Below the pieces are notes generated by a model. That model had not been told where the DNA came from, made no database searches, and was given only the letters and a program-made list of their open reading frames with translations. From contig NC_045696.1 of NCBI RefSeq assembly GCF_009834535.1, positions 41,790,001 to 41,854,000 on the forward strand: a stretch of DNA of 64,000 nucleotides. Reading direction: 5' to 3'. Both the position numbers and the translations under genes were made by a program. Positions 54,761 through 64,000 of this stretch are shown one piece after another (within the stretch, counting starts at the first letter, position 1; each line of letters starts with the position of its first letter). The DNA is from Camelus ferus. Taxonomy: Eukaryota.

Positions 54761-56483
54761 CTGTCTACCTTTTCATTCTACAAGATACTCTCCCCCCCCC
54801 TTGCTCCTGTTCACCTCACCTATACCTGTCCTTTATATATCTGTGTGCCATTTTGGTCTTCCAGTTTGCAAATGCCCATTCTTTCCCCTGGAGAATTGTC
54901 TCTCAGTTAGGTACACAAGCGCTTATTAAAGTTGAAAGAGAGTAACTGAATGCTGTATACTGTGTGCTATTAGAAAATACTGATTTTGTTTATTTAACTG
55001 TGATTGAAAGAAAGTTAGCTAACAAGATTCTTTAGTTCGTTGGTTTAGTTTAGTTGGGTTAGGTTTAGTTTGTTGAGTTTTAAATATTCAGTACCTTTCT
55101 CTTTATTTCAGTACAGAAAAAGGCAATTTTCAGCACAGCACCTGAATAAACAAAGTATTTTTAAATCTAAGAGATTACTGCTTTTCTGTGCAAACCTCCT
55201 CATCCATGCCAAATTATAAAATAGATCTTCCTTTTTGAGAGAGCAGTTTGGCAATATCTAGTAAAATAGAATATGATGCTATGACCTAGAATTTCCACTT
55301 CTAGGTATATTTCCTAGAGAAACCCTTGATATATGCACAAAAATATAGCTTGAAGAATGTTTGTTGCAGCTTTGCTTATAATCATGGAAAACTGGAGTAA
55401 CCTAAATGGTCTTAAACAAGAAAATGGTTAAACAAACTATGGCATATTCAAGCAACATAACACTATAAATAGATAAAATGAAATGAATGACTATTAATGT
55501 GGATAAAAATCACAATGTTGAGTGACTAAGGCAGGCTCAGCAAGAGATACATTTTTTTTTATTTCACATTTCTCAAAAAGGAAGATCATCCAATATCTAA
55601 TTTCAAAGAACTTTCCATTAATGAGACACTACATAAAATGGTTTTTACCTACAGTTAATTCTCTCAGCAGCCTGGTGAAATAAATGATGTTATGGTATTT
55701 TGCATTTATTCATTCAAAATTTTTTTCTTTTTTCAAAAAAAAAATTATATAATTTGTGCCAGACGCTTTGAAAGTACTGAAGATAGAGCAGTTAATTAAA
55801 GTTCCTGTTCTCATAGAGCTTTCATTCTAGTGAAGGGAGACATAATTTTTAAATATACAAACAATTATATGTCAGGTGGTAATGTAGGCTAGGAAGAAAA
55901 ATAAAGCAGAGTAGCAGGATGGAGATTGCTGTTTCAGAGAGTATAAACTAAAAGTCAGAAGTTGAAGAAACTGAAACTCATATAGAGGTTAAGAAATCTG
56001 CTAAAAGTCACTCAACTTAAAATGTGGAGCTAGGATTTAAACCTAAATCAATCTAATTCCAGAGGCTTCTCCTTTTAAAGTATGGTCAGGCCTATCTGTC
56101 ATTTATACTCTGAGAAGATATTAACTACATAACAGCACCTGGTATGAGCAACACCATAAGAGAAAGTTTTTAATGGAATGGTAAATCAAGAGCAGTCTAA
56201 ATAAGTTTCATGCTTTGGACAACTACCTTCATAAAGTACTTGTTGGGTATTTGCCTTTAGAGCAAGTCAGTTACTTTTCAAAGTCTTTTCTTTTCCCTTT
56301 GGGTTCTGTCCACAATAACTGTCTTAACTTCTCAGTCAGCCACTTTTTTTCTTCTCACAATAATCAGAATAACCATATCTTCTATTAGATAAATTGGTCA
56401 TAATATACAATGCCTAGTTCATGTTTCACTCTCACTGCCATCCCGTGCCATTTATTCAATAGAAAAAAATTTTAATGCTTAAA

Positions 56484-57040
56484 TGAAATAGACAAAGACC
56501 AACCAAATGAGAAAAGCAAAACCTATTCATTCTGAGCTCACCATAGCAAGGGAATCAGCCACCATCACTTGCAGAGTGACAGGACTCAAAGGAGAGGACT
56601 CAGAGGAGTGGAGAAGCTTTTTAGTGGAAAAAAGGGAAGGTTGCTGGTGTGTCCTAACTGGATGCTGTTGGCATGAGGAAGCTGTAGGCAAGCTAACCAG
56701 AGGGAGGCATCCTATGTCACTGATTCGGGGTACATATTTGGCTTTCTCTGGTGGATCCTAAATTGGAAGCAGGGGTAAAAATTGGGAAGCTCTAAGTTAT
56801 TAATCAAGTCTTGGCCATTTGGGGCCAATTGTAACAGAAGTTATTGTTCAGCTTCTCAGATTGTCGCTAGAGGTAGCAACCTGACTTCCTGCAAGTCTGA
56901 CTTAATAAGACTGGCTTTTTCCTGGGCTGTTTATAATAGATAAGGGATTGGCTTTCTGGGCAAATTGCTACACATTACGGGTCAGAATTCTGTTTTTATA
57001 TATGGCCTGACCACTGTCCCTTAGTGTATTCAGTCTCTCA
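56484..57040 (-). mobile_element. ERV1-class solo LTR
   Basis: TG...CA termini; minus strand begins tgagagactgaatacac...ggccatatataaaaacagaattctgacc; family not assigned. Confidence 0.65.
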
Positions 57041-57210
57041 CTACTTTGCATAGTTCACATTTATTTTGACTTAAAATCTTTACCATAATAAAGGTAAAGA
57101 TAAAAGGTTAATGTCTTCATGAAGTGCTTAATTTAGCATGATTTCCCACAGGAAGAATTTAGCAAGCTGAATTTTTTTAACACTGACATATTATTGCTTT
57201 TTACTTTCAG

Positions 57211-58305
57211 TGGTTACCAGTAACTCAAGAACTGAGCTTCCAAAAATTTATTGAACAGTCTGACTTACTAGAAGAACTTAAATATGACTTCAATGAAAAA
57301 GCTGAATTGAGACACATTGAGACGCATAGGCCTTTCATCTTTAACTATTATAAAAATGTCCTGGAGAGGAATAGCAAGCGCTACCAGGCCCTGGGCCATT
57401 TGCTTGAACAATACATTTATGTACTTTTGGAGAAAGTGTGCAAATTACAAAGAGTATATATCCCACCAGAGGCAGATAAGGAACCAAGAAGCTTCTTTTT
57501 CATGAGTGAGAGAGCTTTAACAGATCATCATTCTGCTCTTCTTGTCGTTCTTCAAGATCATGGGGTCTTTAGAGCTGGTCAGTGGAGTCAACAGGCAATA
57601 ATTCATCATGGTCTCCAACATGGAAGTCAGATACCATGTATTCAGATGGCATTGCAGGCACATTATGATGTAATTGTGCTAAATCCCAATGACAATTCTG
57701 TGGACCTAAAGACAGAAAAAGAGTGGAAGGGCCTTTTAACACCAAATGTTGAGTCCTCTTCCAGAGAAATGGTTCAGGCTGAGAGCCTTTTCTCTCTCCA
57801 GCAGTCTCTCCAGTGCCTTCCAAAAAGATGCAGCAACTCCCCTGAAGAACACATGGCTTACATTTGGGATTACTTCATTTCAAAGACTGAAGGCAAGGAT
57901 GTTGCCTTCATTGTACATGGTTATGGAGGCTTGGTTTTTATGGACTTGCTCGTACGTAGAAAGTGGGAAGTGATGAGCAAAGTATATGCTGTTGCACTTA
58001 TTGACTCTGAACATCACATAGGACACCAACTGGGGAATGACATCCAGTTATTAGCATGGATCAAGCACCACTGCTGTGAATGGGTGACGAGTCCGAAGAC
58101 TCTGGATAAACCTGTAGCTACCATTTTGAAAAAGGAGTTTCCTATGGTTTCTGCTGGTACAGAAGAACACAACTTAGCCCCTTCCTTTAGCCTTCAGTCA
58201 ATTTTTAAATACTTTAGAAAAGCTTTAAGAGCCAAAAAAGCTGTTAATTTATCTCGAATGCCAATAGTAACTAGAAGCTCCACAAAAAGAAAGCAAAGTG
58301 CTTAA
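57211..58305 (+). CDS. FAM172B: FAM172B / ARB2-family (Arb2-like alpha/beta-hydrolase-fold) protein, main coding exon, intact
   Basis: Acceptor gctttttactttcag|TGG opens 364 uninterrupted codons (WLPVTQELSFQKFIEQSDLLEELKYDFNEKAELRHIETHRPF...TRSSTKRKQSA*). Contains FAM172 motifs RAGQW, GSQIP, VIVLNPNDN, SPEEH..YIWDYFI, HGYGG, EWVTSPK.LDKP and VSAGT. The ORF-track start at 57307 is a TTG, not an ATG. Confidence 0.92.
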   Translation, partial: WLPVTQELSFQKFIEQSDLLEELKYDFNEKAELRHIETHRPFIFNYYKNVLERNSKRYQALGHLLEQYIYVLLEKVCKLQRVYIPPEADKEPRSFFFMSERALTDHHSALLVVLQDHGVFRAGQWSQQAIIHHGLQHGSQIPCIQMALQAHYDVIVLNPNDNSVDLKTEKEWKGLLTPNVESSSREMVQAESLFSLQQSLQCLPKRCSNSPEEHMAYIWDYFISKTEGKDVAFIVHGYGGLVFMDLLVRRKWEVMSKVYAVALIDSEHHIGHQLGNDIQLLAWIKHHCCEWVTSPKTLDKPVATILKKEFPMVSAGTEEHNLAPSFSLQSIFKYFRKALRAKKAVNLSRMPIVTRSSTKRKQSA

Positions 58306-58636
58306 CTTACTTTTTTGTCATCTAAGATTTTTTTTTGTCCCGTGGAGAAACTTTGCTAATGTAGAAGAAAAAGAACACTTCCAGCTCATATGCAATATTA
58401 TGTTCTTGTTTGAAATTTGATTTGTTACTTTTTAAAAACATGAATATGTTCTCTTTTGTAGCCTATGAACCAGGAAGTCAGTCAATACCATCATTAATAT
58501 TTTACACGTTAAGAGTAGTAAAGTTAGAGAATCTTCTATTGAAAAGATTTCTTACAGTTTAATAGAATGACATCAAAACTGTACTTGATAGGAATTACAT
58601 ATTAAGTCAATATTTGATTTACATTATTGATGCCAT

Positions 58637-58720
58637 ATTAAAATAAGTGAACATAAAAATTAAACATTAGCGAACTCCATTCTTTATTTTTTTTAAGTTT
58701 GGTCTTGTGTGTGTGTGTTT
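58637..58720 (+). terminator. Candidate polyadenylation signal of FAM172B
   Basis: ATTAAA at 58637-58642 and 58659-58664, followed about 20 nt later by a T-rich and TG-rich downstream element (58681-58720); about 350 nt after the stop codon. Confidence 0.6.
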
Positions 58721-59067
58721 ACTCATACCTTCACATAATATTCGAGTATCTACTATGTACAGTCAATACTAGATTTTGGGAACACTGGCAGACAAGGCCA
58801 ACATTGCCTTTATCTTTATGGAGTTCACAATTAACAACAAATTGCAAGCACTGAAGAGTGTTAGGGAAAAGGGGTTGTGGACATTCTAGCATGAGAGCTA
58901 ACAGTCTTGGGGGTTAGGGAAAAAGCTCAAGAAAATGATGCTTAGTTTGAAAAATAGCAGTTAGCCGGGAAAACAAAGTCATTGGCAAAGGAATCACAGG
59001 TGCAAATATCCTGAGACAGGAGAAGGAAGTCCTGTTCAGCAAGAGCTAAAAGATTACGGGGGAGTAG

Positions 59068-59517
59068 TGTTAAAGAAAAAAATTATTCATGACATTTATT
59101 AAAGACAGTAAGGAAGATGTATTCAAAAGGGGTTGGTGCAATTGGGGTTTTGTAGGGGAGATAGATCAGGCTTACCTTCAAACACAGACAAGTTGGGGTG
59201 GAGAGAGATTTATATCCAAGGGTTAGTGAATGGAAAATTACTAAAATATAGGTAGTAGAGAGTCTTGCTAGACCAACTCAACAGGATTCTTACTGAAGGC
59301 AGGTCAGGGAGGTAAGGTATTGAGAGTGGAGGATGAAGAATTTTATCAGTTATAACAGAGGATGTTCAGGTACCAAAAGTGGGAGGTTTTCACTGACTCA
59401 GCAGAATTCTTGCTAAAACTGGATTAAGCAGACCAAGGGCAGAACCCAATGTCAAACCTACTCAAGAGGGCTCAGAGAAGCCAGACTTAGATTTGGTTAA
59501 AGAGAGGGGTTTTGTCA
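59068..59517 (-). mobile_element. MER31/MER67-like ERV1 LTR (second related fragment at 60430-60549)
   Basis: Minus-strand start tgacaaa...ttaaccaaatctaagtctggcttctctgagccctctt; aataaa near the 3' end; near-TSD GTAG/GAAG. Confidence 0.7.
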
Positions 59518-59559
59518 GAAGCTGCAAAGTTAAGACAGAGAAGTAAACAGAGGCAGCTT

Positions 59560-60190
59560 ACTCACTAGTAGTTTGTATCCCATGCCCCTAAATCGTCCCT
59601 CCCCCTTCCTCTCCCCTTTGGTAACTGTAAGTTTGTTTTCTATATCTGTGAGTCTGTTTCTGTTCTACATATACATTCGGTTTTGTTTTTTTTTAAGATT
59701 CCACATTTGGTAATATACAGTATTTGTATTTCTCTGACTTATTTCACTAAGCATAATATTCTTTAGTTCTACCCATGTTGCTGCAAATGGCAATACTTCA
59801 TTCTTTTATATGGTTGAGTAATATTGCATTATATTTTATACACACATATACACATCTTAATCATCTGTTGATAGGCACTTAGATTGCCTCCATGTCGTAT
59901 TTAGTGCTTCTATGAACATTGGGGTGCATTATCTTTTTGAATTAGTGTTTTTGTTTTTTCTGGATATATGCCAAGGAATGGATTGCTAGGTCATATGGTA
60001 GTTCTATTTCTACCTTTTTAAGAAACCTCCATACTGTTTACATAGTGGCTGCACCAATTTACATTCCCAACAGTGTATGAGGGTTCCTATTTCTCCACAC
60101 CCTCTCCAACATTTGTTATTTATAGACTTTTTGATGATAGCCATTCTGACAGGTATGAGATGATATTTCATTGTGATTTTGATTTGCAGA
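59560..60190 (-). mobile_element. L1 3' end (antisense)
   Basis: [48 protein letters not shown], the ORF2 C-terminus. Confidence 0.9.
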
Positions 60191-61405
60191 GAAATGCTTA
60201 ATTCTTCCAATGAATGACATTTTGTGAGTGGAGGTCAGGAATAAGGAGAAAAAACAAGGACCAGATTTTTAACTTGACCAACTAGTTGGATAAAAATACT
60301 ATTTTCTAAATAGGGACTATCATTGACAAATTTATTTTGGTGGTTCCAGAAATTTTGAAAGAAAAAAAAAAAGGAACAGGTTGCAAATTATTTTTTAGCT
60401 CTGCCCATACCTGAATAAGAGAGGAACCCAAGGTCAGAGGATGACGAAGCAGGATTCTTGCAGTCTCACAGAAGGCCAAGATCAAAAACTAATCCAGAAG
60501 AGGGCTCAAAGGAGCCTAAGTAAAGTTTGGTCAAGGAGATTCTTTGTCACTTGAATATCCTCATATCATGACAGCTCACTTCTCCCAGGATGAATCAGCC
60601 AGGTAAATGAGGAAGCAGGAAACTACACTGCTTTTTATAATCTCTCTGAGGTCGCATACTGGTCAACTTTTTTTCTATTTGTTAGAAGTAAATTACTAAG
60701 TCCAAGGGAGGAGGAATTAGGCTCCACCTCTTGAGAGTGTCAAAGAATTGGGGACATATTTCAGACTACCACATCAGAAATGATGCCAACTGCAACTAAT
60801 GGTATAGCAGCAACTCAGTTGTTGGTTATAAGAATATCTTGGCTCTGGGAGCATATTCATCCTGTCATTTAAAATTTTTTTCTTGTTTTGATAAACAGGT
60901 CTGTGTATTTAAAAACTGATTTCCTCTTTCTCCACAAAACATCAGCATTTTTGCCACAAACACTTGTGTTGAAAATAAAGATTTTTAAACTTTCTCTCCT
61001 AGGGTCACCCTAAACTATTCTCTTACTTTGACTTCTGCTGTTGACCTATTTCTGCAGCTTGAAGCCAAAAAAGCACATCTCCAGATTTTGGACTATAAGT
61101 TGCAGAACAGAAATGTGTCCTGATAGAGAAAAGACCGATATAGGAGCCCTTCAGGAAATTCCTAAAACCTTCTAACATCACTATGTGATGATTTTTTTCC
61201 CTTCTTGTGGAAAACAGAGGTAATAGACTGTGATCAATGTTTGTAAGCCAACCACACCAAAATTTATGTTTCACTTCCCAATACTAAACACATCTTAATG
61301 AAAAAAAAAAAAAAGAACATACTGTTTGCAAATTTGCTATGACAAGTCTCTGTTAAAGAAGAAAGCAAGAAATTCTCTTACTTCCTTTTCAATGTTTCTT
61401 CAAAA

Positions 61406-61588
61406 GCAGTGGTTCTCTAAAGTATGTCAAGATAACCTGGAGGTTTTAAGACAAAGATTACTAGCTGTCACTGCCAGAGTTCCTGATTCAGTAGAACTGG
61501 CAGGTGGGGACAAAAATTTGCCTTTTGACTAGTTCCCTGGGGATGCTGCCGCTACAGGTCTGGGAACCACACTGTATGAACCACTGTT
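61406..61588. mobile_element. MER5A-like hAT MITE
   Basis: cagtggttctctaaagt...ccagagttcctgattcagtag...ggaaccacactgtatgaaccactg terminal inverted repeats. Confidence 0.75.
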
Positions 61589-62189
61589 AGAAAGACTAGG
61601 GGTGGCCAGAGAGGTAATAAAGTTAAATTTGTTTCTTGAGAGGTGAAAGTTATGATGGACTCTCATCTGGCCTAAAGTTCCTCCCCTGAGGAAAGCAACA
61701 AAAGAGGGTTGTTGACTGAGCCCATGTTTTAAGGCCCCAAAGATCCAAATGAATTGACACATTTGGTTTTCCCTCCTGTAGGAAAAGAAGTGGCGCGTCT
61801 CACTTACCTTTCAAGTTACTTCCAGTTATCTTCCACAGAATTTATGGGCAAATACAAATTAAAAACGGGATTTAATTCTCCTTGTTCAAAATAAAGGAAG
61901 AGACTTCTCCCCCTCTCCCTTTTCTTTCAGAATTTCTTTCTCCATCTCTTCAAAATGTACTTAAATATTTATAATGGCTATATAAGCCTCTTGCCAGTCT
62001 CACAACTCAGGAATGTCTCTTCAGAAAGCTGGGAGTCATCTTTTTGAAATGCAAAGATCAAGGGAGATAGCGTCCCTATCTTCACAGGTCTTGTGGGAAG
62101 ACAAAAACCTAACTTTAGGGGGCGCCTTGCTCCAATTTGCAAAACTACCTCCTCTCAGAAAGATGAGACATTTGTTTCATTTTTTAATT

Positions 62190-62550
62190 CTGTGTTGCAC
62201 GACAGTGCCGCTTTTCCACGCCGGAAGACGTTCCCTTTGTGGTGTGACGTCTTATGGCAGCGCCGGGAAGAAAGGGTGGGACTTCCGGCTGCGGCTCTTC
62301 GGTCAGCAACCGATACGGCGTGGAGTGATAGGCGGACTGTGGTTGTTTGCGGAGCGGATCTCTGGGCAGCGCTTCGCGGCCGAATCCTGCGTCCTCTTGG
62401 GGTCCCTGCGATTTGCACCGGTGGGAAACATCCTGTCTGCACTCCTGGTATGGACGGATTTCTTGTCACCTGCCAGTGTGTGTGGTGACGTGGGAGAAAG
62501 CGGGAGAACTAAGATACGCTAAGTGGCGCATGTGCGCTAAGCAGCCCAGA
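62190..62550 (+). promoter_or_regulatory. TRMT10C: CpG-island promoter and probable non-coding first exon of the next gene (TRMT10C by synteny)
   Basis: CpG-rich. ETS CCGGAAG at 62221 and ACTTCCGG at 62281-62288; CRE-like TGACGTC at 62245-62251; NRF1-like GCGCATGTGCGC at 62526-62537; candidate donor CTG|gtatgg at 62447|62448. The name rests only on the recalled order SENP7-FAM172B-TRMT10C; no coding sequence is in the window. Confidence 0.6.
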
Positions 62551-62849
62551 GATAGGAGGAAGCCCAGTGATTTAATAGACTATAAGCAGTACAATATCTG
62601 GAACAAGAGAAGTGTATCCCAAAATAGTATCTTTGTTCACCTTCTCAGTTCGGCGGGTTTTGGTTTTATTTCTATGATGTCCTAAAAATTCTAACCAGGT
62701 ACAAAGACAAAACTCAAAAAAGACTGTTTCTGAAATAAATGTTTCGCATGTTGGGGCTGAGAACTCGGTTAAATGTTTCGAGGAGGCTAAAGTAAATTGT
62801 TTTTTCTTTAAAAGGTGGCTGAATGTGTTTTAAGTGTGAGAATCACTGA

Positions 62850-63700
62850 CCTTGAGTATTTAATCGAAAAATCTTCAGTGATAAATGTGAGCCGTATACT
62901 GCCAAGCAGTGGGTTCAGTGTTAATATACAGCCCTTGTCCTGATAGAGTTTACCGTGTAGTGGGGCAAATAAGTAACCAGGTAGTTACAATTCAGCATTA
63001 CAAGCATTATAGTGGACAAGTGCAAGGTGCTAAAAGAACTAGTAGGGCGAATAATTGACCTAAAGTTTGAGGTGAAGAATAGCTAGAGATGTAGCTGAAG
63101 AGTTAAGCAGAGGGTGTTTTTTATGAAAAACTTTTATACGTCATATGTATGTTTAGACTTTAACCTGGCAGCAATGGGCTTAAACATACACATTGAGGAT
63201 GTCAGTGTATTGATCAGATTTGCACTAGCTCCAAATGACTTAGAGATGAGGGAGAGTAAATCTAGGAGATGCAATAAAGAAAACAGGGTTGAAGAGAAGT
63301 GAATGGATTCTACAAGTGTTTAGAAAGTAAATGAATATAATTCAGATGGATTAGGTATGGTGCGTGTGAGAGGGAGCAGTAATGAAATGACCTCGTTTCT
63401 GGCTTCAGCAAATGGATAGATAGCAGTGTCCCTTCCTGATACAATGCAGAAAGAGAAGCAGCTTGGGAAGGGAGCGGAGAGAGTTTATTTCAATTTGTGC
63501 ATTTGAGGTGTCATGGTGATTGAAGCCAAGGAGGTAGATCAAGCTCATAGGGAAAATGTTTAGATTGAAAAAAGCGCTAAGGACAGAATTCAGAAGCACA
63601 TCCACCTCTTGTGTGGGGTGGAAAGTGGAATCTGAGCATCAGTGCACAGGTTAGAGACCCAGGAGCATGCAGTGTCATTAAATGAAGCCAAGGGAAGAAG
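62850..63700 (-). mobile_element. L2 relic
   Basis: gccgtatactgccaagca...ccttgtcctgatagagttta; tgtcattaaatgaagccaagggaaga. Confidence 0.6.
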
Positions 63701-64000
63701 GAATTTTTCAACTATTTTAGTTGAATTTTATGAAAAGTTTAATGCCTTTTTTTTTCCTTCAAATCTGGCACTAGTTTCACATACTTAAGCATCTTCATTG
63801 TTTTGTGGATATCTTTAGAATAAAATTGTGGAGCTTATTTATATTTACCCTAATTTGGGGTATTTTGTTTGGCAGTAACATTATTTGCTGCAGAATAAAG
63901 CCTAAATTGGAGAAGGAAGGTTTTGTTTTTAGATCAGTAGATCTCTCTGTATTTCTGTTTTGAAAACATGAGGGTGCAGCAACTGCTAGGTGCTTTTTAG

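Noticed and set aside
57307..57309. ORF-track start MRHIET for FAM172B
   Set aside because: The codon is TTG, and the frame stays open upstream to the splice acceptor at 57211 with family-like sequence.
62013..62685. 169-, 131-, 112- and 104-aa ORFs over the second CpG island
   Set aside because: No recognisable protein family; typical by-products of CpG islands.

Overview
Mammalian, repeat-rich genomic DNA. It is most likely camelid, judged from tRNA-derived Vic-1-type SINEs and cetartiodactyl-type L1 3' ends. The left 48 kb holds the 5' part of SENP7 on the minus strand. Four coding exons (48090-48051, 40410-40358, 33101-33003, 20517-20420) splice in frame to [42 protein letters not shown]...[15 protein letters not shown]..., and the introns are packed with antisense L1s, MaLR/ERV LTRs and DNA transposon relics. 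A CpG-island promoter at about 47.6-48.4 kb faces both ways. On the plus strand is an uninterrupted FAM172B (ARB2-family) reading frame at 57211-58305; from memory, the human counterpart is annotated as a pseudogene. This exon has no usable start codon of its own, but a 42-nt ATG-containing micro-exon at 49489-49530 splices onto it in frame, predicting a 378-aa protein from a gene lying head-to-head with SENP7. A second CpG island at about 62.2-62.55 kb is probably the promoter and non-coding first exon of TRMT10C, assigned by synteny only. Gene and repeat names come from recalled sequence similarity, not from database searches.
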